Source: Antedon mediterranea (Eukaryota > Animalia > Echinodermata). From it: DNA of 64,000 bases. The stretch lies in the NCBI RefSeq assembly GCF_964355755.1, contig NC_092674.1, positions 22,010,001-22,074,000 on the forward strand. The letters run 5' to 3'. Below are positions 26,601-39,180 of the stretch, in pieces. Position 1 is the first letter of the stretch. Each line of letters starts with the position of its first letter. Position numbers and translations under genes: made by a program. The notes under the pieces are model-generated. The model had not been told where the DNA came from and did not search any database. It was given only the letters and a program-made list of their open reading frames with translations.

Positions 26601-29600
26601 ACTATACGAAAAGGGAGACCCCACTATACGAAAAGGGAGACCCCACTATACGAAAAGGGAGACCCCACTATACGAAAAGGGAGACCCAGATATACGAAAA
26701 GGGAGACCCCAAATATACGAAAAGGGAAACCCAAATATACGAAAAGGGAGACCCCACTATACGAAAAGGAGACCCCAAATATACTACGTAGCCTACTTGT
26801 GCTTCGTCCAAGTCGGATCCAAGTTTAGGCCTACAGTAAAGAAGCTATTATGAAACTCGTAAGGTTGTTCTATAACATGTTGAATGTTGATTTGGCAAGG
26901 TGGTTAGTTTTTAATTAATTTTACATCATGTAGTGAATTCCATTTGATAATACGTCAAGGGGGAATTGATTACGTTTATATTATTTCCATCTAAGATTTT
27001 TAATTTTAATAACGAACAAACGAGTGACGGTAGTCGGGTTCAGATGTGTAAAAATGAAAATTAGTTAATATTTATTTCAATGTTAGTACGTACTTTCCTC
27101 TGTTTCAATGTTGGTGGTAGAACTATGTGTTCTTCGTATGATATATTTGTAAATTCAGGGACATTGACCTCTTATCCCAGAAAGGAATGAGAAACTTAAA
27201 GTAATTCCAAATTAGTTGGTATTTGTAATATTCAAACAAGATAATAGTCTTACCTTTTTGTTTTGGCATTGGTTGCACTGAAATACATCCTCCGTCTACT
27301 GTTTCTTCGCTTTCCCTGTCTAAAGAAAGACATGAATGTACCCTTACCAATACGAGTGTGTTAAATATCATATGCAGTATCACGTCATTTGATCCCAAAT
27401 TCATCCCATTTGGAATTCTGTATACCCTCTTCTGACAATATACAGTATCTATTCTTCAACAGCGTTATGCCACCTAGCTTTTAGGCCGATAGTACATGAT
27501 ACCAATGCTTTTCTATGAGCAGACACGATACTGTAGGATGGTTATTGTCACATGATACTGTATACGAATTGGCTGTGTAGATTGACATATTTTATTCCAT
27601 ATAATAACTATCTTGGAGAATCTCATCTATGATATTCAAAGTTACCCAGTCAACTTATTATTCCTATGACTAGTGGTGAAAATGATATCCCTGATAAATA
27701 ATAATTTATTACCTTCATGTACCGGAATCAAGTCAAATAGTTTGTCTGAAAAAACAAAAAACACAGTAATAGTCGTAATCAAGTCCATATAGTTCTTAAA
27801 CATAGGTAGTTTACGCCTTTGTTTGTTTCTTTTTTTTAAAACATACTATTTCATTAGTTGTGGCTCCATCTTCAGTTGTCTGTCGCTTAGACTCAATAAA
27901 TATCATGATATTTTCAATCATAATTTTATTCATTTATGGAAAAGAAAGCAAGTAGCAGAAGTTAGATTAACAGAAATGTAACTATGGTACCTGTGTCTTC
28001 ACGAGCCGTATCTTCTCCATCCGCATCTCCGTCTTTAAAAAAAAAACCAATGCAAAACTGTTTTAGTAATCTTATATTATACTTTCGTAATTATTTGATT
28101 GTAGAAACTTAAGGTAACATCTTACACGTCCTATCAATATATTAGGTCGGGTAATATTGCAGAAAAATTGAACAATAATGGATGATTAATACAGAATTAA
28201 AGAATTGATGCATGCAGAAACAGCATTCTCCGGCAATTGATAATAGAAAGAGCTATTTACACCATTTAAAATAAAGTTAGAAAAGGACACGATTACGATT
28301 ACGGTTTAGGTGCTCGTTTGTACCTAATGCTATACACTTACAATGCTATACACTTACAAAGGTAAAATGTAACCGATAATTTTTATCTAATTTTAACAAT
28401 TTTTAGCCTCTTAACTTTTTGTGTGTGTTTTTGTAAATTGTATTTTATAGTCTATATCGTGCCTAGCTTACCTGTATAAACCGACAATAGCCCGTGCTCT
28501 CAAGAGGGAGGGCTTAGATACGAAAGTGAAAAGTTCCTAGAACACCCCTGCATTATAATGGACCCGTCCGCAACCACACCCTCATGTGGGAACGTACCAA
28601 CGTACCACCGTCATCATTTTCTTTCGTAACGTGAGAGCGTTACGTCGTATGATACCAAGTGTTAGGATTGTACACTGTACTACTGGTTTGTGTATTTTTG
28701 TATTTTGCCAGTTTTCAAATCACATTTCTGTTTTTTAAATGGACAATAAAGTATATATGACTATGACTACTATGACCACTACTTTACTCTTGATAAAGAA
28801 AAAAAGAGAACGTATGCTAAATATACTGTAGGTGTGCAAGGTCAGTTTTTAATAAATTAATGTACTCTTGAATAAGTGAAATAATGAGCTAGCATCGAAT
28901 TTTCCGCCTTTGGCTATTATAAATACCAATACCTTTGAATTTTATATAGCGCCCTTTATGGTGTTGTGCATTTTTCAAAAACATTTTAGCGCCCACTAAA
29001 AGTGCGGATATGATTTCGTAAAATCTCCTGATATTTCATTTGTCCAAGTTGTTTATAGTAAGAAGACGACTTCCATGACATGGACGTTAGACGTAGGATT
29101 TAGTGAAATGAACGATGGTGTCCCCTTAATAGTGTAGTAGACTTAATATACGTGAATGGTGTGTGTGTTTTCAATGAGATACGAATACTATGTATACATA
29201 CCTTTTTGAATAACCAACGTTTTCAGCCCATCTAAAAAGAAGGTATTATAATATACACACATTAATTAAAGCTACAATATCTCGAAAAATATGTAACAGA
29301 AACATATGAATTTATTTAGCTAATACACGTTAAAGGGCATTAGTTGAAGTCCGTTTATCATAATGATCAATTCATCACGTCATTCACTTATGAAAGTGGT
29401 GACCACAGTAGACCATGTTATTTATTTAAATAAAAATTAATGTTGATGGCTGGGAGGTTGGAAGTGTGGTAGATGTAATGTCTATTTGTTAAAAAATCAG
29501 CAAACCATCATTAGTAGCTATGTTCCAATGACCCAATGCAGAAGTGTGAACTTCTTGTTTGGTTGAAACATTATAGTATGAAAATTATGTCATGTGAAAC

Positions 29601-30272
29601 AATACTAATTGTCAACCGATTCTCGGTACTGTACATCAATTTCTCAAGTATCATAATTAACTTTAGCAATACATGTATCGGCTATTATCTAATGCTCATT
29701 AATTAATACAACCTATATTTTTAACAAGTCATACCTTTAATTATTGACTTAGATTTTCCACTGAGACGATCAGCAAACCTGTTCAAATCCTTTCGTGTAA
29801 CCAAGAAGTCATTTACTTCTAAATATAATACTAAATCCCACAAATCTTTAATCTCACTGTTTTGCGTTTGAGAGTAAAACGCACGTGCCTCGAAGAAATC
29901 GCCGCCAGCGTCTGCATTTTCTATTCCTCTAAAGAATATACTTCGGTACGGTTTTAATCCCACGCCTTTGTGTAAAGACGATGGATCACCCTGAGATAAC
30001 TCATTCAGTAGATCTTGAACATAACCCAATTGCGTCAGCTCACCGATATCCTCAAAAAGTTTCAACTTGGTGGAGGAAGCAACAACTTTGTTTTGTTCCC
30101 TGTATTTTGCAAGTTCACCCAACAAATCAATTGCAGTAACTGAGTTGTTTTCCAATGTCGAGTGAGAAATGTAATCGGATAAGAGAAATTTTAACTGTTT
30201 TATGTTATCTCCTTGGAAACTCTTACCAAACTCTGCTGAAAATTCTTTATATTCAATGTCAAAATTAGCCAT
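23606..30272 (-). CDS. CASP8: Caspase-8/10-like initiator caspase A (tandem DED + caspase domain), ~466 aa
   Basis: Exons on the minus strand: 30272-29735 (two DED-like domains, LKFLLSDYI), micro-exons 29231-29202, 28032-27991, 27745-27713, 27319-27254, then 24563-24441 (YNMTSSPRGICLIINN..RTGSEVDE) and 24174-23606 (CCILSHG, KPKVFFIQACR, ADFL, SYR, TLRKKL). Total 1401 nt in frame. Micro-exons are less certain than the domain exons. Confidence 0.85.
26450..26790. repeat. 22-bp minisatellite (TACGAAAAGGGAGACCCCACTA) x ~13, probable subterminal array of a foldback/MULE-like end
   Basis: Clear tandem array 26495-26785 preceded by GGGTGTTTCGAAACT, resembling the GGGTGTCTAGAAAACT terminus at 48385. 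Confidence 0.85.
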
Positions 30273-31130
30273 AGTTCTAGAAAATGTATGTATATGAATA
30301 TTTAGTTATTGTTGAATTCCACCTTGATATTCCATCACACTTTAATATGAAACTATGCTTTTTCTGATACCTGATACTATGATCTATAGCATATTATATG
30401 TTAATAATGAACACCTATAGTATAGAGAATCATTATTGAATCGCAGACCGGAAAATGGTAATTGTACGCTTGTGTAATTGTGCTTCCCCCTAGTGTTCGA
30501 GTTTGCGCATCAGCCAAGTAATATTTTATTTTAAGCAAAAATATTAGTAAATGCTAACCCTGGACTCTAACTTTTATTATTAACATCTTTATTTAAAATG
30601 ACTACTAGAAATATCGATAATTGGCAATTTGTAAATATAATTGTTATTGAACTGAAAAATATTTCATCCTCGCGATATCAGGATTTTCCTCCATTGCATT
30701 ATTTTAGTTAATTTTTAAGTGTATGACGTCTGAAGTCTACTGGTAAAAACGAACGGCAAAACGCCACTCAACAAATTCTCAAATTCGGGAGTATGATTGT
30801 TTGTCGAATTGTCGCATGCACTAATCCTGAATAATACGTCATAGGGTATCAGTGAACATTGTAGACGTGGAAATAGAAAAGTCTCTTTTTTGGGACGACT
30901 GCCCATTATCTTTGGTCATGTTTTTCCTTTAACTGTAACATATTGCCTGATTATGTTGGCGCCTTTAACACTCATGGATGGAAAGTAGGAAAAATTAAAG
31001 CATCATTTAGCGATATAAAACGGTTCATATTCTACCTATTATACCGTTGTATCATTTACAGATATTTAGATTATTTAGATAGGGTTTTATATAGAATATA
31101 ATAATTATTATTATTACAAATAAAAGTTAA

Positions 31131-31373
31131 AGATATATTGTCCCCCTGAAAAATAATTATTAACGAAATTTTTGTTGAGTATGCCATATGTAACATAATA
31201 GTATAATCGACCACTTTGACCAAAAATTGGATCGAAAAAACTGTAATTTAAAGCAAATAATGGTCCAATTGGCTGCCAGCCAATGTTTTTTTTTGTTGAA
31301 TTTAACCATTTATTCTGTCATTTTATCAGTGAAAATATAAGTTGTTTTCGTTTTTTTGGAAGACAATACATCT
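31131..31373 (+). mobile_element. TTAA-target MITE, internally deleted copy of the 8681-9023 family
   Basis: TTAA|AGATATATTGTCCCCC...AGACAATACATCT|TTAA with shared internal sequence. Confidence 0.8.
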
Positions 31374-31633
31374 TTAAAGTAAAACAATATAATTTGTCAA
31401 TCAATTGAAAATACATTTCGTTATTTTATTTATCGACATTTTGTATTGTAGGTCAAGTAAGTCGAAATCGGCACACAATTTTGTTCATGATTGTGGCGCT
31501 TTTGTGATTTATTGAATATCGGATACATTGCTCCCTTTGCTTGTCATAAACAAATTGTTTTTGTCCATGCCTTAATTGCCTCTCAAATACGATGTATTAG
31601 TATTGTTATAAAATAAAAAAATAATTAGTTTAC

Positions 31634-31700
31634 CTTCTTTGATGGAGAAACAGCAAAATGTGTTTAGTTATTATAACTTCGTTTCGTTGTAAGGAAATTA
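31634..31700 (-). promoter_or_regulatory. Putative non-coding first exon/promoter of caspase A
   Basis: AAG|GTAAAC donor at 31634; AACGAAACGAAGT motif similar to those at 38642-38706 and 47802-47866. The DED exon begins with an acceptor 4 nt before its ATG, so an upstream exon is expected. Confidence 0.45.
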
Positions 31701-32004
31701 CAATAACACCTCTCACGTCATAGTATACAATAGCAAAAGGAAACTATTATTAATAACGACTTCCTCTTTCAGACAAAATACATATTTTTGTCATGACTTT
31801 GAAACAAGAAAATCAAAAACCAGTAATAATAGGCATGCGTAACGCATTAGTATAACGTTATTTATAACACATAATGTTGTTGTCAAGTAACGTTTTAATA
31901 ATTTGCCTTGTCTAAAAATGTAAGGCGTTTACGTAAATAATCATATACACGCACATTTCTCTCACACGTTGGTCCTTTTTCTTCCTGTGCACATAATTGT
32001 TATT

Positions 32005-32380
32005 TATTGGAATAAACGCCCGGGCCATTTACTGTTCATGAGTGGTTTTAGTGGCATTTATTCGAGGGAGGCGTTTATTTTTTGGGTCTAATATGATAAC
32101 ATGTATAATCAAATAAATACCCCCTAGATAAGACTACAACATAATTAATATCTAGAATACATAATTGTATAAACAATACTTGATACATTGTAGACATGTC
32201 AATCAATTGATTCTTCTACAAATAATACACTATTGCGTGACGCACAGGGCGTTTATTCGAGGGACGTTTATTCTAAATGATATTATATGGGGGTGGGTGG
32301 GGGCGTATATTAAAAAATGTTGTTTATTCAAATCGGCGATTTTATTCACAGCCGGGAGTTTATTAGAATAAATAAGGTAA
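32005..32380. mobile_element. Degenerate pogo-type MITE (GGCGTTTATT subterminal repeats)
   Basis: Repeated GGCGTTTATTCGAGGG motifs ending GAATAAATAAGGTA; a related relic lies at ~44920-45245. Confidence 0.45.
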
Positions 32381-32597
32381 TCTCACATTTGAAACCAGCA
32401 TTAGTAAACAGATATCAAAAGACCATGAATAGGCCTATGTAGTTACATGTCGAGCCTTTTTTCCAATTCCATAGGGTTTTTTTAAGTTGCAGTGAAAAGT
32501 GACAGGTCAGCGTAGATACTTACATCAAAGTATAACATAATAGTAAGACAATATTTCACTTTAATAAGCTACCAATAATTTAGAGTAAAGTTGATCT

Positions 32598-33014
32598 GAA
32601 TACGGCTTTACCACGTTGAAACACCGGTTCTCGTCAGATCACCGAAGTTAAGCCACGTTGAGCTTGGATGGGAGACCATCTGGGAATAACGGGTGCTGAA
32701 AACGGAGCTGGGGTCCCGTTAGGCATTTGAAATCAGCACTGCTGACTCTTATGGCAGCCCCTGCATCTAGTATCTGCCTCAGACCTCTGGTCAAGGTGGG
32801 CACTGGACGAGAGAAGCCCTTGATCAATGTTAGGACCAATCAAGGTGCTTTAAACAGTCCTGGCTTTGTTTGTATCAAACCTGTTAGTGGATGTTGATGC
32901 AGGCTGAACTTTACTCTTTTCCTTGATTGTCTATGACGGTTCCGGGTTATACAAAAGTATGGTTGTGACGTCCGGCCGGAATTTCTGTAATACTTATTGC
33001 CTAATAATAATAAT
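32598..33014 (+). mobile_element. 5S rRNA-derived SINE (SINE3-type) or 5S pseudogene with unrelated body
   Basis: 32598-32700 matches 5S rRNA (TACGGC..ACCACGTTGAAACACCGGTTCTCGTCAGATCACCGAAGTTAAGC..CTTGGATGGGAGACC..TGGGAATA.CGGGTGCTG) with a ~10-nt deletion and no poly-T terminator. A GC-richer body and a (TAA)n tail follow. Confidence 0.8.
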
Positions 33015-33538
33015 GGCAACTTCCCATACTAACCAATGACAACAGGTCTTGTAACTGACGCCAATAACAGATGGATATCACCTCCGCTACCCGTGGGAAC
33101 TGGGATATGCACTGCACTCCAATTATAAGGGAATGTTTTTTATGTCTATTTTTGGAAACTCGATAAAACAATTTTTTAACGGTATAAGAAATTGATACCA
33201 ATTTACAGGTGGTTGTTTACCGTAAAAAAACACAATAAATTTGCGCACTACTTTTTAATTTACCGTGATTCTTTATTTTAAAATTGTTTTTTTTTTAATT
33301 CAATGCAACAGGTCACCGTAAATTATAACATAATAATAAAAGAATCTATCGTTAGTCAAATACCAACTACTAGTTTAGGGTAAAGTTACAATTCATTTAT
33401 TTAAAACAATACTATATTTATCTAGTTCAATATTAATGCATACAATATTCGTGAATTAAACCTTCCACAACAACATAATCTAAAAGTGTAACCATGTTTA
33501 TTTAATCGAAAGTTAATCTGTTTGAACATTATTATACC

Positions 33539-35651
33539 CTAAGGAAAGTACAGAGCTTTTCTTAAAGTGTACCGGGGAGCTGGTACCCCGGAGTTGGACT
33601 GCTGGCTTACTTCGGCATTCACAAGTGTTAGAATATCTAAAATGTGATCGGTTTCATGACGCTCTTCCAAAGCAAGTGCCAGGTTTCTAATAAAATAGGA
33701 ACCATGTTTTTTGCACCTATACGAAACAGATAGAGGTACCGCTGAGGTTCCGAACAGGAAATCGGCGTCTTCAGGTATGTCTTCCTTTGCATCTTCCTCT
33801 ATGTTTTGTAATCGACACGCTTGTACAAAGAATACCTTTGGTTTGCTGTGAAGACTTTTACACTTATTTATATTGAAGTTGCTGGCCAGGTCTAAAAGAT
33901 CACAAGTTTCCCCGTCACTACCATAAATCAGGTCGCATTGACCGTAAGACAAGATACAGCAAACAAAGCAGTCAAAGTATGAATGATCCTTGCTTTGCAT
34001 TTCTGTCATAACATCCTTCATCTCTTGTGCACTTAGATTGTGTCTAACATCAACATGGAATCCTAACTGATTAAAAATACGGTCCAGATAAGCTGTTGAG
34101 AAAATGATATTCAAAGAATACTTTTTTAACAATTTGTTTTATTGTAGAATTGCAACAGTTTGAATGGTGATCAAGTGCATTCTTGCAGCGGCAGCACAAT
34201 TTTTAATCACCATTTTCAGTCGACTCTACAGCTCACTATGTTGGTCGGCTGGTCGGTTGGCGGGTAGATCAGCCGATAAACACTAACTTGAGCACGCGAC
34301 TGCAGCCATGTAATGACTTTGTTTAAAAGTTAAAACGTATTTTCTTATGTACACTTATTGTATAAAGTATAATCAATATTGCCACTACGGTATACTCATA
34401 CACCACCAAAAAAAAAAAAAAAACAACAAACAAACAAGAACAACAAACACACACAAACTTAGAAACTATTCCGCTTTACCTTCATCAACTTCAGAGCCAG
34501 TTCTTTCTTTCAATCCGTCATCTTGAAACATAATGTTGTTTATAATGAGGCATATCCCACGTGGATTGTTAGTCATTTTGTATTTGATCCTGTCTGGTAA
34601 AAAACACATTTAAACCAAATACATTATTATTCCTTCTTTCGAGTTGTTCTTTATTGGTAATTCAAATTTAGTAGTAAATAGATTTAGCAGTCTATTAATA
34701 ACATCCATTCATTCCTGGCATTTATTTAAGTGATTATAAAAACAATATAAATTTAAAAATAAGAAAAGATAAACAATGAAATGAAACTAAATGAAGAAAA
34801 AAATCACTTCACATTAAAGCTATATTCTATTTTACTAGCCATTTTTTTTAAAACAAAATCATTTGATGTATAAATACAAAATCAGCGTAGCATAGAGGTA
34901 ATTTAAGATGGGTTTATAATGAAATATTATAAAAAATGTTAAAACCTTCTTTTTTTTAAACAGGGCGCTTCAAAATATATTTGAGTCAACAATCTGTTTT
35001 GAAGATTTGACTTAAGTTTTGATAAGGCTTAAGTATGAGGTCAACAAGTGGACACAATTTGTTTATAATATCCAGTTTCATAACACATTTTGTACATACA
35101 TAAAATACATTTTTCCCCAATTGGCCTTACAAAATGAACATTTAACGGAAATGTACAAAATACATTGCATCGATTTGATTATCGACATTTTTAATAAATT
35201 CTATAAGGAAGTATTATAAAATTATTGCCAGTTTAGTTAATTATAACATTTGACATCCTCGAGTGAAAAATTGTACCAGTAATTATCGTCTTAACTTAGT
35301 TGATAGATTTATAATAGTCTATGTGACTTCAATAATGTGATTGATCAAAATTGCATCACATAACTACTGTACGTAATAATTTCTTGAGGAAGTTTATAAA
35401 AGAGGACATAATACCCGGTATACCGTCACTGGATTGATTACACCCAATACAAAACATTTTGTAAAATAATTGTTTTTAAATTATAGTCTAAAATGATATA
35501 AGTCGTGTAATAATAACATAACTCAGAACAGATATTGTTGTAATATCAATAAAACTGTATGGATATGAAGAATGTTAATAGGCTTAGATTACATAACATA
35601 AAACATATAATAATAATAATAATATAAATATACTATTTTACCTTCTTGCAT
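33539..35651 (-). CDS. Caspase-8-like B, apparently DED-less, catalytic His->Tyr (probable pseudo-caspase), ~225 aa
   Basis: Exons on the minus strand: 35674-35642 (ATG at 35651), 34593-34480 (YKMTNNPRGICLIINN), 34092-33539 (CCILSYG, QACRL, IPEDADFL). Frame intact. The start codon is inferred. Confidence 0.78.
34213..34325 (+). mobile_element. Short DINE/HINE-like element
   Basis: CGACTCTACAGCTCACTATG-(GTCG)n-CACGCGACTGCAGCCATG; related to 48842-49632 and 58905-59000. Confidence 0.6.
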
Positions 35652-36054
35652 CTTGGGAGAATTGATCAACACGTCTGACAAAAAGAATATCAAGAATAAT
35701 TATATGATTCTTTCCTTTTCCAAGATGTTCGACCTGTAAAAAAAACCGAAACGAGTTTGCATCAAGCTTAAGTATATTTTTGCTACTCGGAGACTGCGGC
35801 AATTAACAAACTCATAGAATAATAAATAAAGACGCATACAACATAAGTTCTGGCTTAAATAGTTTAATTAGTAAATGAACATTCACCCATGTAAAACTGC
35901 ACATAAAAGTCATAAGCAAATAGAAGTTAGTATAGAAATAATTTTCCAATTCTAAGTAAAATAAAAATAAAAATGTGTTGGTTAATCGCAAAAATACGCA
36001 AAATCTAACATAGCTCTTCAATTATAAATCACATCATGCCCATTTTTTCACCAG

Positions 36055-36412
36055 TTAGTCGTTATCGCACGACATATAAAAATGCATGTGCGAGTCGTTC
36101 ATCGCACGACATATAAAAGTATATGTGCGGGTAATGTCTGTGTCGTTTATATCTTCCTACAAGAGGATTTATGTATGGGCCTTGTCTTCGACTAAGGCGA
36201 AAGTAAATGTGCTAGTCGTTATCGCACGACATGTAAAATTTGTGTGCGAGTAATTAATCGAACGACATGTAAAATTCGTGTGCGAGTCGTTAATCGCACG
36301 ACATGTAAAATTCGTGTGCGAGTCGTTAATCACACGACATGTAACATTCATGTGCGAGTCGTTAATCGCACGACATGTAAAATTCGTGTGCGAGTCGTTA
36401 ATCGCACGACAT
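36055..36412. repeat. 36-bp palindromic minisatellite (GTGCGAGTCGTTAATCGCACGACATGTAAAATTCGT)
   Basis: About 8 units in two blocks; each unit has a GTGCGA/TCGCAC inverted pair. Confidence 0.85.
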
Positions 36413-36954
36413 ACAGTATAATACAAGAGTATAATTATGTGCAGGTAATGTTTGTGTCGTTAATGTTTTCCTACGAGAGGACAACATATAAAAGTATACA
36501 GAAATATATATATATATATATAATATATATATATACGGTACGTATAAAGTCGAAAAAACTTGTGTTAAATCACAATGGCGGCCGAACAGTTGGCCCTCGT
36601 GTAAACTGGAATCACACCAGTAGCCTGGACACACCCTAAAATACACTCACGTTACCACACATAGCCTACAGTACATAGGTAGACTTTCCATACGGAAAGG
36701 GCTGTATTTGTAGTCGTGGTAGTTATGAGTAACTGAGTTGCATCGCATAAGGTGCCGGATTGTTAGAAAACTTACTTGTAAAAATGTTGTCGTGTTAGGA
36801 TGGAAATCGGTGATGGAAAATAAGAAAAGTTGTCTTCAACTTAATGTGATCGTGTTAACAGAGAGGGTGCTTGATCAAAGAGGTCGAAAACCCGCCCTCT
36901 CAGTTCTCAAAATAGAATTGTGTTCCCAGCCCAATTCTTGATTATATTTTCGCT

Positions 36955-37229
36955 ATTTTTTTTTTTTTTTTTTTTTTTATTTAGGCAAATTGCCAAGGAT
37001 AACCATAAGCGAATTCATTCACTATCCTTCTTAAAGGTGGCAATCCATTCACGAGACAAACATATACACACGATGCTCTACATTAACAAAGTCTTATTAC
37101 AAGTCTTTGGGAGTGGAGTAATTTGGTCCTTAGAAAAAATCCTGACATGTGACGGGACTTGAACCCAGGACCCTTGGATTGGCAGCCAAGCATCGTAACC
37201 ACCAGGCCACAACTCCACTCCACTCCACT
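36955..37229 (-). mobile_element. tRNA(Gly)-derived SINE with poly-A tail
   Basis: Minus strand GTGGCCTGGTGG..CTGCCAA..GGTTCAAGTCCC (A box, GCC loop, B box); the T-run at 36955-36978 is the tail. Confidence 0.78.
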
Positions 37230-38142
37230 ATTGATTTGACATGCTTTATGGAAAATTGATAAAGAATAGAACAGATTATTTAGAAAGTGTAACTATGAAA
37301 AGAAGGAACTTATATTTTATAAATGATGAAGTTCCTTCTTATCATAGTCAAAGAATACCTAAATAATTTGTATATTATACTACATTGTTTAGCTATTTTT
37401 TAAAGAGGGATTTTTTATTTGTTTTTGTTTTATGCAAAAAACAAAGCATGGACAAAGATACAGATGTATATTAAATGTTAATGTATTAACGAGATTCTCT
37501 TTTTTGTGACTGCATGTTTTCAAACATTTATTTTACAGTGAGCACTAATATTCGTGAAGACTCTGCACATTTATATTTCTTGCTTTAGAATTGAAACAAA
37601 ATATACACTGAAATATAAAGAACACAGTATGCCTATTAACTTTTTCTACCTTCTAATATAAATGCTGTATAATGTAATTTAGTCTAGGCACTATACATAT
37701 ATTTATAGAGTTGTGTCTACTGCATTGTACTATAATACTGTACTATCTTTTTGATTACCCAACCTTAAAATCGTTATAAAGGTACCTGCTATATATACAG
37801 TTGGTTTTGTAAATAGGAGTGAGTTTTAAGCGGCACGTGTATGTATGTCCGAATTTTGTTTGAAAGAGCATTCCAAGACAAATTAGAAAGAGGAATTGAG
37901 TTTATTGATTCACAGACAAAAACACATTTTTAAATTCTATTAATTTAAAAAACAGGATGTTATTTATTAATTAAAAAAATGAGTGAGCAAAGTAGAGAAC
38001 TTGAAATTGAATTACCTTTCAAGAAGTTTTTGTTAATTTAAGGGATGATGTTTAGCTCAAACGAGAATCACAATAAGTAATCAAAATTAGTTTCTTTTGA
38101 TTTATCTGAATTTTCAGTTTTTAAGTGTTTATTTATTGCAAA

Positions 38143-38403
38143 GGAGTGGAGCTGTAGCTTGGAGTGGAGCTGTAGCTTGGTGGTTAACGTGCTTGCCTTC
38201 CAATCCCAAGGTCCCGGGTTCAATCCTGACCTAGTGCAGGGTTCAATCCTGACCTAGTGCAGGGTTGTAACTCATGACTCTTTCAACTCCACTCCCTAAG
38301 CCTCAAATGAGACTTAGTTTATAAGCACGATAAATTATTAAATAGTTTATCCGTCCTGTAATTGGCGAGTTACTCGCTGTTGGATGAGTATGAAGAAAAA
38401 AAA
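38143..38403 (+). mobile_element. tRNA(Gly)-derived SINE with internally duplicated A-box and B-box segments
   Basis: GGAGTGGAGCTGTAGCTT x2, CTTCCAA loop, GGGTTCAATCCTGACCTAGTGCA x2, A-rich tail. Confidence 0.75.
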
Positions 38404-38641
38404 TTCGGAATAAAGATTTAGTTGTAGTGTATTTTCATTTACATTTATAAATTTGATAAAAGTAAAAGTACTTATTAGTAATTATAAATCGGGTTACACC
38501 AAAATTATATTAAATGGCATGCCATCAACAAAATAATAATTTAAATTTTCTCCATTGTGTCGCCTAAATACTGCTTTATTATTATATTATTACCGTATAT
38601 GAGCTGTGTAAGTATAATTATAATAAGGAAAAATATTTTAC

Positions 38642-38706
38642 CTTTTTTTGTAGACAAATTGTGTTTTTAGATATAGGACTGATTTCCACTTCGCTGCGTT
38701 TGATAA
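38642..38706 (-). promoter_or_regulatory. Putative non-coding first exon of caspase B
   Basis: CGAAGTGGAAATCA...CTACAAAAAAAG|GTAAAA, clearly homologous to 47802-47866. Confidence 0.6.
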
Positions 38707-38954
38707 AAACAATAATTACTGAACACCCATCACATATATATATAATATTAAGGAGGAAATAAGATAATAATAGTTTCCTCTATTTTAGAATAAACATATG
38801 TATGTATGGCTGGATTTAAACCACAGAAATAGAACCAGTAACTAGGATTCAGTGTGACATGCGCACTGGCATATAAATACATTTTGTAAAAAGTATTTGG
38901 TTATGGCCTATTTTTTGTTTTTGTTTTTTAATTTCATATAATGTAGACTATTAA

Positions 38955-39180
38955 AGATGTATTGTCACCCAAAAACATGAAAAATGAAGATTAATTAAAT
39001 CAGAATTTGAACAGATTATTTTGTAGTTTTAATAAAGTTAATCACTTCCATAGAAAACAAAATGTTTCCACTTTCAAATAACATAATAAATGGTTAAATT
39101 TAACCATACATTTTTTATATCCAATTTTTTGTCAAAGTGGATAACTATTATGCGACATTACAATTGCATATTCAACAAAT
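38955..39180 (-). mobile_element. Partial TTAA-target MITE (8681 family)
   Basis: TTAA|AGATGTATTGTCACCC plus the reverse complement of internal 8681-family sequence. Confidence 0.65.

Noticed and set aside
26381-26791. 136-aa repetitive ORF
   Set aside because: Translation of the 22-bp minisatellite, antisense within a caspase intron.
4682-30272. MACPF proteins as gasdermin-like direct caspase substrates
   Set aside because: All three have signal peptides and cysteine-rich ApeC domains, so they are topologically separated from cytosolic caspases.
32598-32700. Functional 5S rRNA gene
   Set aside because: Internal ~10-nt deletion, altered ends, no oligo-T terminator, not in a tandem array.
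36055-36639. CRISPR-like 36-bp palindromic repeats and ORFs 36169-36426 / 36244-36639
   Set aside because: Units are contiguous with no unique spacers, there are no cas genes, and the context is a eukaryotic intron; the ORFs are repeat translations.
37140-38240. Functional tRNA-Gly genes
   Set aside because: Acceptor stems do not pair and both continue into SINE bodies with A-rich tails.
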